Of a DNA stretch of 64,000 nucleotides, positions 28,317 to 40,470 are shown in pieces. The notes below the pieces were generated by a model. It was not told the DNA's origin. It did no database searches and saw nothing but the letters and a program-made list of their open reading frames with translations. Within the stretch, counting starts at the first letter, position 1. Every line of letters begins with the position of its first letter. Both the position numbers and the translations under genes were made by a program. Source of the DNA: Paramecium tetraurelia (lineage: Eukaryota); assembly GCA_000165425.1 (NCBI GenBank), contig CT868681.1:248001-312000 (forward strand), read 5' to 3'.

Positions 28317-29209
28317 ATGGATTTAGAAATAGTAATAAATTATGAGCATAACCAACAAGTAGTGGATGATTTATGTGAGTCATTCGATGAATTGGAGGAA
28401 TAAAATGAAAAATATCATTTATATATGAATCGTGGATCTCGAAGGGAAATGCTTGACAGAGTAATATTTAACAATTAATTATTCTTAGTATTAGGTTTCG
28501 AATAATCATTATGCAATTTTTGATGGTCATGGCTCATCCCATGTTGCTGATTATTTATAGCAGAATTTGCTACAAAGATTACAAAATGGAATGTCAGATG
28601 AGGAATATAAAAAAGGTATGGTATACAATCTTATTTTTGTAGTGTTTAGCGATGTCGATAACAATTTAAGCCAATACATGCAATCTGGGTCTGTTGCTAT
28701 ATTATTGTCTATTTAAAATAAAACTGTTACAATAACAAACCTAGGAGATTCCAAGGCTATTGTATTCCGAGAGAATTTCATTTGAATAATTAAATTCTAT
28801 TCACATCCCCCAATCCAAAGAAGAATAGTAGAGAATACACAAATAAGGAGGGTACGACTATCAATCCTATCTCTGTAGGCTGATAACAAAGAGACAAAAC
28901 ATCTGCCGAGTCTCGGGCTCGTTAACTGTTACAAGATCATTCGGAGATTTTTATCTTAAAAAGTACATCATAAGCGAACCAGAGATTTTCAGATACTAGA
29001 TCTCAGAAGGTGATAGATTCATAGTTATGGCCAGCGATGGTTTCTGGGATGTAAACATTCCATTTTTATTTTAGGAACTTTCGGAATAAGAAGTTTTATA
29101 GATCATTCAGAAACTTGATCAAAATAAGAATTTAGCAAAATAGTTATATCAAGCAATATCAAGTGATTATATAAGAGACAATGTAACTATAATGGTATTC
29201 CCATTATGA
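28317..29209 (+). CDS. Small PP2C/PPM phosphatase (apparent +1 indel near 28776)
   Basis: RREMLDR, AIFDGHG, SGS, NLGDSKA, VTRSFGD, MASDGFWD, DNVT; TGA at 29207-29209. Confidence 0.88.
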
Positions 29210-29318
29210 ATTTAATTCAATTCTGATTATTGTGTTTTTATCTCTTCTAATTAATAATCAATCAATTAAAACACATAAAGAAATTCCTAAATTCTCACAT
29301 TTTAACATATTAAAATAA

Positions 29319-31095
29319 TCAAGAGAAATACGCAATAATTATTGAAATATCATCAACCACATCATCCTCTTCTTGCCATCTTCTAGTAGATTCCCTTATA
29401 ATGCTTTCCACCATCTCATCAATTTTCTTAGCATTCATCTACGGACTCCAATAACTGCAGATAATATGTTGAATCTCATCATTGCTTAAAAACTCCCAAA
29501 CTCCATCACTAGCCACCACCAAAAACCCACACTTCTAAGTCATCTTGTGATAAATTAGTTCCGGATCTGATATAACTCCAACTGTGGATGCAACATAATC
29601 CCCAAAAGATCTACTCATAGCTAATCCTGGAATTTGTTCATGCAACAACCAAACTCTGGCTGGTCCTATGTTTTAACCATTCTCAGCAACAAATGGTTAG
29701 ACCCTTCCTTTACTGGCCATAATCCTTTTCTTTTCGCATGGTAGATCTGGTTTATGATCATTGCTTAATTCAACTATCTTCCATTTGTTGGACTCTCCAA
29801 CCTACTCAATGAATATCTATTGTTATGAATCAAACATTAAATACTGATCTTGAATCTCCTATGTTGGCACACCATAAATTATTTCCAGAAACAAAGACAG
29901 TTGAACAAGTAGATCCACTAAATGATATATCAATTCCGCAAGATGACTAATATTATATCAATACTTACTAAATCTTTAGTCATTTTTTAATAACTACTCT
30001 AAAAGGTCTTCTCTACTTCTGAATACAAATCTTCACCAATATCAATTTCCTATTTCCCAATAAATGTTTTCAATTGTTAATCTATTATAGTTGGTAACAC
30101 TCTTTTGATCAATTATGAAACATGATGTCCATAAAATCCATGACCATCACACACCGAGAATAGATATCTAAGTTTAACAACTATCAAACCTGTTTTTTAT
30201 GCCTCCAAAATTATTCGAGATAATGATCGAATCTTGATTTGTTTTAGTCTATTTATTTCCATTTTAACCAGCTTAAGTTCTTAATAATATATGCTTATCT
30301 AACATACTTCGATAGAAACAATTAGACAAAATCTTAAAGTTCATCATCTTCTGTCACGTTTGAATTGACTAGAGCAGCTTGACTAGTTGATCTTCCATGC
30401 AACATGATCACTTATTAAGGCATTTTAGGTTTGATTTTTATGTCTTATACAATAGCCTATGAACTCACCCTACTCTAAATTGAACGCAATTTTGGGGAGG
30501 AATCCTAATATAATTTTAGAAAAGAAGTTTTATTCTTAACTATAATTCTATGAATGTACTTATGGAGTGTTTTCTGTATTACTAGCTTCGGTTCTTTTAC
30601 TTCTCCTTTGAGACTAGGTTAAATCAATCTTGGCTTAAAGTTCCTAGGGGGCATTGGTTGATTCGCTTCTTTTCAAATTCGGTAATTTTGTTGGGGAGAG
30701 TGACTATGAAATATTTTACATAAATGATACTTCACTTGATTAATTTGAGAATTTGAAGATGTAAGGTTTATCGTTGTTGCTAATTACTCTCTTTTTTGGG
30801 GAATAGCTAGATGGTTATAGTAATTATAATTTCTTTTAAGTAACCTAAGATAAGATAGCAAAACTGCATTGATACAATCTTTATTTTTTCATCTTGTGAG
30901 TTGATACCTCCTGTTGGATGTCTTTTCTGATTGCTTCGACTCTATTGTGATGGAGGACTAAATTCTAATTTGAAGATACTTTAATTGAAAAGTGTATGCA
31001 CGATCAGAAGGCTATGCTTTCTTTTTTAGACCTGGAGAATTTGCCATAGAATCTTGATTTGTAAATTTAAGTGGATAGACACGAATGGGATTCAT
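29319..31095 (-). CDS. PP2C/PPM phosphatase with long N-terminal extension
   Basis: KTNQD, VCDGHG, SGST, ANIGDSR, DHKPD, PGLAMSRSFGD, VASDGVWEF, DDISII; TGA at 29319. Confidence 0.92.
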
Positions 31096-31113
31096 TTATT
31101 AAAATAATTAAGT

Positions 31114-32362
31114 TCATATTCTCTTTTACTAATACCACTATGGAGTTAACTTAAACGCAATTTCAGGTTAGATCGACAATTCCTCTACAAATAAACATGA
31201 TACTCTACCTTTTGTAAAATCAAAGAAGTTAGGCAACTTTACATTTGGAATTCCAAACTTTTCATCTCTAATTTCATTGAAATAAGGATGAGACAATGCT
31301 TCTAATGGCCTCAATCTCTCTCTAGGAGGATACAACATAATTTTAGATATCAAATCTACAAACAAAGGATCAGGTTTAAACTTTTGGAATACCTAAACAT
31401 TGAATAATACTAAATTACTTTGTTCCAAGGATGATTCTTAATTTATGGAAATTTGAATTCCTTGTGCATAGGATTCATCTATTTCACCTATTCAATGGTA
31501 GGTGTTCCAAGTATCTTTATGATCTCCACCAATTGATCAGTGGCACTCTCTCCTGGAAATAAAGGCTCTCCAATTGTCATTTCAGCAATCACACAACCTA
31601 TAGACCACACATCTATGGCAGTTGTATATTCAGTTGCTCCAAATATCAACTCTGGTGCTCTATAGTATCTGGAACAAATGTAAGCAACATTTGGCTCTCC
31701 TTTTTGCAATCTCTTAGCTGACCCAAAGTCGCATATCTTAAGAATGTGGTTATTTGGATCTACTAGAATATTTTAAGGCTTGATATCTCGGTGGCTGATT
31801 CCAATTCCTTCATTTATTATACAAATGCCAACTACCTTCCAAATATGCAAGTGCACGGAACATTTAATAACTATAAATTTTCAACAGAGCTGCTGGAAAA
31901 GGTTATTTGGCCTTCTTATAATATCTGATCACCTTACTTAATGTGTCAGGAATATAATCCATAACCAAATTTAAATAAACATCGTCACCCTTTATAAATG
32001 TATTTGCCATTACTTTATCACCTTATGTAAAAAAAGCTTCTTTTAGCTTTATAACACATGGGTTGTTCAATTCTTAGATTATTAGATGCTCTCTATTCTT
32101 GTATCGCTTATCTTAGAACACCTTTTTTATCGCAACTTTTTCATTTGTTTAATTATTTGTGGCCTAAAATAAATTTATCTTTTTACCAGATAAACCATTC
32201 CAAATGTCCCATTGCCGACAATTTAATTTAAAGTATATTTAGATGCTTATTGATTTTACTTGAAATTATTGTTATCTATCTTACTGTCACTACTTCTTAT
32301 TGATCGTTTGCCTGTGTTGTCATTCTTGTTGCCTATTTTGTTGAAGATTTCTTATTTATCAT
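31114..32362 (-). CDS. GSK3: Glycogen synthase kinase 3 / shaggy-like kinase
   Basis: [55 protein letters not shown]; a 26-nt first intron puts ATG 32362 in frame. Confidence 0.95.
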
Positions 32363-33006
32363 TTTATATTTTCAAAAATATTATTTATATAATTTTATAT
32401 CATAAGTACATATGATATTTATGTTTTATAACATTCTTTATTCAATTACTTCTCCTGTATTTCCATAGACTTATATTCATTTTATTCCTCTCTGTTCGTT
32501 TATCTAATTCTAATTTTCAATTCATAAACATGATTTACGGATTAATTTTAACTTGTAACTTTTCATTCAAAAAAGACATTGAGTGCTATTAAAATGATGT
32601 TAGGAGAACATAATAATCCAAAAACAACTACTAGTTCATTATTAAAATTGCAATTAAATGCATTTATTGCTATTCTTTTTAATTATATGATACACTTCAA
32701 ATCAGCTAATTGTTCTTATTAGGTGGAAATCCATACACTTTTTTTATTGATTTCTAATTCTTTTGATCGAATGATATTTAATTCAAATTTTTCTTTAAGT
32801 CTAATCAATGGAATTATTAACTCTTAAAGAAGTAATCCATATCAATAACATATTTTATCTCTCATATAAGATTGATATTATTCCCTTCTATTTTAATTCT
32901 TTTAGAGATTCCTCATAAAATTCTATAATATCATAATTTTATATAAAATATTAAATAACAATGTAGAGAGTTCATTAAAAATTTAAATAAATATAAAACA
33001 TGGAAA

Positions 33007-33933
33007 TCAATAGAAATAAGTTTTCAAGGATTCAATCTATTTTTACTCTGTACTCAATTTATTTATCTACACAATCCATTTATTTTTCTATTGCTCTTTT
33101 TTTGCATTTGTTATCTACAAGAAATCAGGCTGTATTTTAATCAAAAACATTAATGACTTCTCCATAATCTCTTTACTGAGAGGTATTTTATTAAGTAAGT
33201 GCTGTATTAAGTTGTTGTAGAAAACAAATGAAACAGATCTTTGATTGAAGTATTTAATTGTTATTTCAACAATCTATTTAATTTAATCTCTCTACTCATC
33301 TGAATATATTTGAAAAGGTAATTGTATTGGTGAGATATCCTATACGAAATTCATATCAAAGGTAGGATAATAGATCTTGAACTCTTTGGAGTACTCTAGA
33401 AAACTTTCTTATCCAATTGATTTCAAATAATTTTCATGTGTCTCTTGGACTAATTTATCCATTGAATTTCTTATTGAGGTGATCCTTTTTTCAAAAATTG
33501 CAGGCAGCTGGCTTTGAAAAGGTTAAAACTACGGCAAATTTTCTGTAGGAATGTGATTGAAAATCAGTTCAATCGATTTATTAACAATCTTTACTTCATA
33601 TAAATCTTTATCAAGTTTTAACAATTATCCAATTTATAAAATTTTAATGGCATTAGTTTTGATATCATATGTTAGTGGTTTCCTCTTTTTCCAATAGGTT
33701 TATTCAATGTTTCTCATTGTTTATAATAATTATTGGAATTTAATTGGCAATGGATATTAATCTGAAATCTACCCAAATCTATCCCTGAGGCTTAGAAAAT
33801 TAATAGGAGTAGCAGGTGCCACTTTAATTGAGGATATTTTGGTGTCTGCTAACTCACTTAGATGTCTTGTAGATTCATCTTCACCATTGGTGTTATTGTC
33901 TTACTAAGTTTTTATTAGTTTGTAGCTATTCAT
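33007..33933 (-). CDS. CDT1: DNA replication licensing factor Cdt1-like protein, intronless, 308 aa
   Basis: YPLPIKFQQLLQTMRNIE, QIGQLLKL, KRITSIRNSMDKLVQETHENYLKSI, YYPTFDMNFVQDISPIQLP and IMEKSLMFLIKIQPDFL parallel, in order, the Cdt1 blocks LPYKY..L, VGQI, HKAFLASL, WHPRFNVDEVPDI..LP and MEKHL.LL..PDW as recalled. Confidence 0.7.
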
Positions 33934-33968
33934 CTTATCTTAATTAATTATTATTATTTGCAACGAAT

Positions 33969-34021
33969 TGCGGGTATCAATAAATAAACCCGCATTTTGC
34001 TATTAAATTAATAGCGCCAAA
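33969..34021 (-). promoter_or_regulatory. Candidate cell-cycle promoter element: E2F-type TTTGGCGC (34014-34021) and TGCGGGT-N12-ACCCGCA inverted repeat (33969-33994)
   Basis: GC-rich motifs in otherwise AT-rich DNA, 35-90 nt upstream of the Cdt1-like ATG; TTTGGCGC matches the TTTSSCGC consensus. Confidence 0.5.
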
Positions 34022-34843
34022 AATTGAGATGCTATAGTAAAGGTATAAAACTTTATAAATAAAATAATAAATTATTTAGATTGAAAAACCAAAATAATAC
34101 ATTCATATCTTCATATTAATACATCTCTTTTATTACAAATATACTCTAATATATATATTACAAAACTCTAAACCAATCTATGTTTTTATTCTTTTTTATT
34201 CTTATTTTATTTTTGACTCCCTGTTAATTGGTTGCGTCAAATTGAATTCGTTTTTTTGTATCTTCTTTCATATATCAGAATTTAATTTCAGTATAAGAGC
34301 CTTGAGTGAATTCGTAGTAGAATTAAATTATTATAAAAAATTTAGACTCGAAAGTAAATACTATTTAGCTCTCTCTCTTTTGTTATTATCCTAATAGTCA
34401 TCTCCTCAAAAAAACATTAAACTACTTAAACATGATTTTCTATAAGATAGGGTATATATTTAAAGAAATCAAAGCGAAATATCACTTTGAAAGGCTTGAT
34501 AATTATTAATCTAATTATGTATTATAAATATTTGATAAAATTGTAAAGATTATGGTATACAAATTATGTAGACTATTGATATTTAATTTTTTAATTTATA
34601 TATTAATCCTTTTATCATTAGGTCTTAAGCTACATTTATCAGTAAATTCCTATTTTAAATAGTTCCACTAAAGAAATCGAAAAAGAGTTATAAACAATAG
34701 TCTATTTTAATATTAAAACAGAAAACTCTGCTTTATTATATTTATTCAAGAAGAAATTTAAAATTAAGTAAATTAAAATAACGAGCATTATAGTTATATC
34801 ATTATTAAGAATTATTCCCTTTCTTCATAAATCCTAAATAGAA

Positions 34844-35669
34844 ATGGATTTTTCTGGAAGAATTCTTAGAATAATTTTTTTAATTTATTACTGCATATTA
34901 CAATAACTGGTTTTATAATTAAAGTGTATTAAAAAGGAATATATTCAATCATAATTTGAAAAACAATACCATTAAATACTACTATTTTGAGAATAAAGTT
35001 CAGAATTTGAATGATAAATTTTGTTATCTTTCAAATCATAGAACAGGGAAATTTGAAATCTTCAAAGATAAGATACAAGTTGTCCTTCTAGATAAGAAGC
35101 ATACAATTAATAATTTGTGGGGAGACTAAGTTGATCTCTAAATAGGAGCTACTATAATAGTTATTCTCATTTTTTAAGATTTGTTTATTCGTAAAGGTAA
35201 ATTAAATCATCAGCTTCAAAAAATTATAGCATTTGATCTGACGAGATTCGCTATTTAAATCTAAATAAGGCACGATAAGTTTAATAAAAATTAAAAATTT
35301 TAAAGCTTTTTTAAATAGCTAAAGAAAGGCATGGAGGGCACAGATAGTTATAATTATGATGAAATGGACTTAGATGAATTAATGTTACCTCCTCCTGCAT
35401 TGATTCGATAAAATGCCTTCATTCAAGAAGAAGATGAGACTCCATAATTCATACTTACAACTTAAACTGATTGTACTTATAAGGAGGAGGAATGTCCAAT
35501 TTGTTTTTGCCCTCTTAATGAGGAAAATACTGTAAAATTATTATGTGGACATGTCTTATGTTAAGACGATTTAAATCAAATGATGTAATCTTAGCATTCG
35601 GAAACCCTAAAATGCCATATCTGTAGAACTCTTTAGATTGTAAATTTATCTTGTGTATGTGTTAAATGA
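34844..35669 (+). CDS. Protein with C-terminal RING-like finger (may start further upstream)
   Basis: Continuous code-6 frame from ATG 34844 ending CPIC..CGHVLCQDD..CHIC; TGA at 35667-35669. Confidence 0.7.
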
Positions 35670-36630
35670 TATTGTTGGTACTCTTTTAAAAATATATTTT
35701 CAAATAAAAATTAGAAAAATTCATCCAAAAGATATTTTGGATCTCTTTTTAAAATTTCTTTATAATCCATTTATATTGAAAATAATAAATGAATCAAAAG
35801 AGCGCCTCAAACCTATTCAATTTCATCAGAGAGATAATTTAAAAAATGGCATTTTGTTAACTTCCTCATTTCCAATATAGTCGTTATAATATATATTAAT
35901 AAATATCAGTCAAAATAAAATTATTTCCGAACTATTTTAAAATTAGGTCTTTGGATGAGAAACTTATTCTCTACACATTAAACTAAGAAATATAATTTCA
36001 ATCTTATTTTGAAGTGATGATTTATCCATTCTAAAAGAAGAAAGCTAATTAAGATCTTAAGGATTTCTCAAATATATTAGTGCAAGAATAATGGATTATT
36101 TAAGCTGATTAGTTTGTATGATTTTATAATTAACTGCTATTCAATCTGATTTTGATTTGATGATTTAAAAATAAGTATTACGTTTTTAGTTTCACTTTAT
36201 TGTACACTTACCTAATGTATTATTGATCCTCTCACATCAAGATCAATAAGTATAGATTAGATAATTACTTTGATTTGACAAACATTGATTATTTAATTGT
36301 TTTCATTTAAAAATAGGGACGACTGTTTAGATACAATTGCAAAACAAAAGGGATAGAACAAAGCTAAAATATAGATAAAGTTTCAAAATCACCTTGCATT
36401 TTTAAAGTAGTTTTGATTGATAACCAATATAACAAAATAAACTATATGATTATTTATTGTAGCCAATTTTACAATATTTCTAAAAATTTAGGAAAATGAA
36501 TTAGTTTAGATGGTAATGAAGAAGTATTTCTTGAGTTTGGATTAACTCTTAAACATCGAATTGATATTGTTAAAAATGATAATCAATTAAATATATTTAA
36601 GTATATATTTAAATCTTTTTATTTTTATTT

Positions 36631-37972
36631 ATGCAAGCAACAAGTGACCAAGTATATAAAAAAAAAATTTACTCATAGCCACCTTTTGTGTCCTTAGAAA
36701 ACTATGACAATATAGATTCAATCAGAAGCAAGTTCCCTCCCTTAGCAAATATCAATATTGATCACAATTTTAATAATTTAAAGGACTGCAGATTCTTTAT
36801 TATAAGAACCCAAGGAGAAGATAATGTTCATCGAGCCATGAAATATGGTATTTGGACTAGGTAATGTATAAATTTACAAAAGCTCCTCTCGCAAAAACGA
36901 AAGATTAGACGAGGCATTCAAGAATAAATAGGAAGATGTTTATTTATTCTTTACAGAAATAAATAGTATGTGTTTTAGTGGGATGGCTAAATTAACATCT
37001 GAATTTAATGCAAAAGCCCATTTTAAATATTGGTTAATTGAGAATAAATGGTTCGGGACATTTCAGATTCAATGGGTATTAATTAATGTTATTCGTCTCA
37101 GCTTTATGTCAAAGATATACCATTTAAACTATTTGATGAAATTAAATAAATCTAAAAACTAGAAGGCAGTGAAGAAACTTTAAAATCTGTCTATGATCTC
37201 ATAGATTGCACTGAACTGACAGTAGATAATGGCATTAAAATGACAAAAATCTTCCAAGCAGAAAAAACTAATAAAAGTTTATTCGAAGAATTTCCTCAAT
37301 TAGATAAATTGGAAGTATTTGCAATTTAATAATTTAAGTTTGAAAGCAGATAAGAGAGAACAAATAATATACGATTTGAGAAAAAGTTTTAGGAATTGTC
37401 GTAAGTCTTTGAAACTTTACCATTCTCTTTTTCAGTTGCCTCATATGAAAGGAAAAAAACAAACAGAAAAGCTTAAGGCCCTTATTACTAGTCTCAATAC
37501 GGTCAATAATATTATTATTAATAACCTTATCAATAATATTATTAGTAGCCATTTGTTGGTACTAAATATTATCTATAAATTAGGGTATTAATTCTAATAA
37601 ACTCCCTAATATTGGTAATTTAATAATGGATTTTATTAAAATCAATATTAATAGAACCAATACACCAATAACAATAGTAACAAATAAGGGTTCACAAAGC
37701 CCTAATAATCATATGAGAAATATCAACATTAATAAAATAATTATTCTAACTAATAATAGTAATCAAATACGATCTCCCAATAAACTCAATAAAACACAAA
37801 TTAAGAAGGTAATTAGGATGTTTAGAGTGTTCCTTTGGAATAAAGATTTTAAATAAATAGTTAATAATTGCAAAAAAGAGGAAAATTTGATAAAATTAGA
37901 AACAAGAACAATAAAGACAATGTGTAATATGTAGAAAAAAATTCAACAGAAGCTCATGTATAAAAATATTGA
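36631..37972 (+). CDS. YTH-domain (m6A reader) protein with C-terminal Y/Q/N-rich low-complexity region
   Basis: RFFIIRTQGEDNVHRAMKYGIWTSS..NERLDEAF..VYLFFT..FSGMAKL..YW..NKWFGTFQIQW matches the YTHDF-type YTH domain; tiny introns. The stop position is less certain. Confidence 0.9.
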
Positions 37973-38324
37973 TCGTTTTTATTTTATTTAAATTTATAAA
38001 AACGATCTGCCATCTTAAATTGTGTAACAATTATCTATCTAAGTCTCTCTGATCAGCATAGGTGAAAAAAAGATATAGGAATAAGACAAAGAATTCCTTT
38101 TAATAAAAATTAAGTCTTAAATGAGAGAAATTATTATTGCTGAATGTATTATATTGATTAATCTTAATGGAATAATTATATCAAAGTATAAAAAAAATTC
38201 ATTGCTCAACAACAGTTACAGAAATATTTAATGATAGAAATTTCTGAACCCCCTTAAAATCAGGGAATCATGAATGGAAGAGTTGAAGTTATGCTTTAAA
38301 TAATTTATATTAATATTTATTATA

Positions 38325-39980
38325 ATGAGAGAAATCATTTCTTTGCATATTGGTCAAGCTGGTCTTTAAATAGGAAATTCCCTTTGGGAGTTGTTCTGTT
38401 TAGAACATAGCATACAACCTGATGGGACTGTTCCAACGGATCGAATATTAGAAGGTCTAAATTCCAATGTTGATTCGCTCTTTTCATTATCATAATATGG
38501 GAGATACGTTCCAAGAGCTATATTCTTTGATGAGGATCCAACAACGATAAATGCCATAAAAAATGGACCAAGCAGAGGATTATTTAATCGTTCCTATATA
38601 CATTAATGCTAAAAGGAATCTGGAGGATGTTGGGCAAGAAGCTTTGGAACAATTATGAATTAGGAAGGTGAAGAAAAAATAGCTGATAAAATAAGAAAAC
38701 AAGTTGAGAGTTGTGATGGCCTTTAAGGAATTATGCTTTACCATTCAGTCGGAGGAGGATTCGGTGGAGGTTTTACATCTAAAATTTTGGATCTGCTTTC
38801 AAGTGACTTAGAAAAGGTGACCAAGGCAACTGTGTCTGTTCTATCCTCTAATCATTCTTTACAATCCTCTTTAATAGAACCATATAACTCATTATTGACC
38901 ATCAAATACCTCAAGGAAAAAGCTGATATGTCCATAATGTTAGAGAATTAAGCTTTATTTAAGGTGGCCAACCAATAATTAGATATAGATAATCCAAATT
39001 TTTCAACAATTAACAGAATGATAGCCTAATTAATATCATCAGTTACCTAATCCTCTAGGTTTAATGGATCAAAATTTGTTGATTTAATTGAAATGAGAAT
39101 GAATGTTGTCCCAGAACCTGATTTCTAATTTCTTCATGCATCATATGCTCCTTTCATTAATATTGATAAACAAAATACCGAGTTAACCAACTTGCAATAG
39201 ATTACAAACTCATTATTCGATTAAAGAAGTTCATTCATTAATTATAATCACAAGACTGTCAAATATATGGCTGCCAATTTGTTTTTCAGGGGAGATTGTC
39301 CTTGGGGTGAAGTTAAAAGTGTAGTAGAATCTTTAAAGCAATCTCCTAATATATAATTTGCAGAATTTGCAGTTCCTACATTTCAAATTGCCATTAGTGA
39401 TAAGGCACCTATTCCATTCCCAAATAGTGAATAAGGTAGATCAAACAAGGCTGTTTGTATGATTGCCAATTCTTCTGCTATTGGAATTCCCTTATTTAGA
39501 ATTAGAAGAAATGCTTCGACGCTATATTCTAAAAGAAGTCATGTACATTGGTTAGTTGGAGAAGGAAGAGAAGAAGGAGAAATTTAAGAAGCACTTGACA
39601 CAGTTAAGTCATTTATAATAAATTATAGATAAGTTAAGTAAGAAAATCCTGATAAGGATTATTGTACCAGAGTTCAACACGGAACAGATTATATTAGGTA
39701 ATTTGTTTACACTTGTGATTGTTTGGATGTTGAAGGCTATATCAAAAGTGGTATAGAAAAAGGTGAGGATATGGAGGGTAAATACTTGGGAGTTTGTGTT
39801 TAATGTGCAAGAAAGTGCCATGTTGGACACAACCTCAAAGCTAAAGGAATTGTAAACGAGTTCTTTTGTGATTGCGGATTAGAAAATTGTAAAGTCAAAT
39901 GTCAATGTCAGAAAGAGGAAGCATAAGAAGAAGAATAAGAATAATAATAGGAATAATAATAGGAATTATAATAAGTATGA
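38325..39980 (+). CDS. Divergent alpha-like tubulin fused to a C-terminal UBR-box-type zinc finger and Q/E tail (551 aa, intronless)
   Basis: [88 protein letters not shown]; continues in frame to CT..Q.VYTC..GVCVQCARKCHVGH..FFCDCG. 1656 nt, 552 codons. Confidence 0.9.
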
Positions 39981-40470
39981 GAGAAACAGAAATATTGAAA
40001 ATAATTATAAAAATAATGAATTATATTAACCAAAATTTATGATTTGCACTCCTATTCTTAATTATATTCTATGGAAATTTGTATTAAAACTGCTCCAGAG
40101 GCCTTCAGGTTTAACTATGGATTCTTTTAAATTATAAATTATTCCTTAATGAAGGAAAACATCAAAACATTTCAAATAAAATGTTAGATATGCAATTAAA
40201 GTGTACTAAATTATGGAAGATACTTATCCATATTTTATTTCTTATTAACTTACCTAACACAGTCTAATGTTCATGAAAATATTTTGGTCATATTATTTCA
40301 TATCTATTGATATTATCAAAGAGAATATTAAAGACCAATAAAGCCATATCAGATTTTTTCAAATCAAAAAGACTTTAAATAAATTATCAACAGTGATTGT
40401 TGTAATAAAATTATACTTATTAAAGAATTGTCTTTTATTAATGATCTAAATTAAAATACTAAACATAAGT

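Noticed and set aside
35900..36560. Coding-like stretch between the RING and YTH genes (similar ones at 32400-32930, 47050-48000 and 59500-60400)
   Set aside because: No sustained frame or recognisable motif; probably decayed genes but not supportable.
794..39830. Short antisense or off-frame ORFs over dynein, BBS9, MAP2K, YTH and tubulin
   Set aside because: Shadows of real genes with no recognisable motifs.
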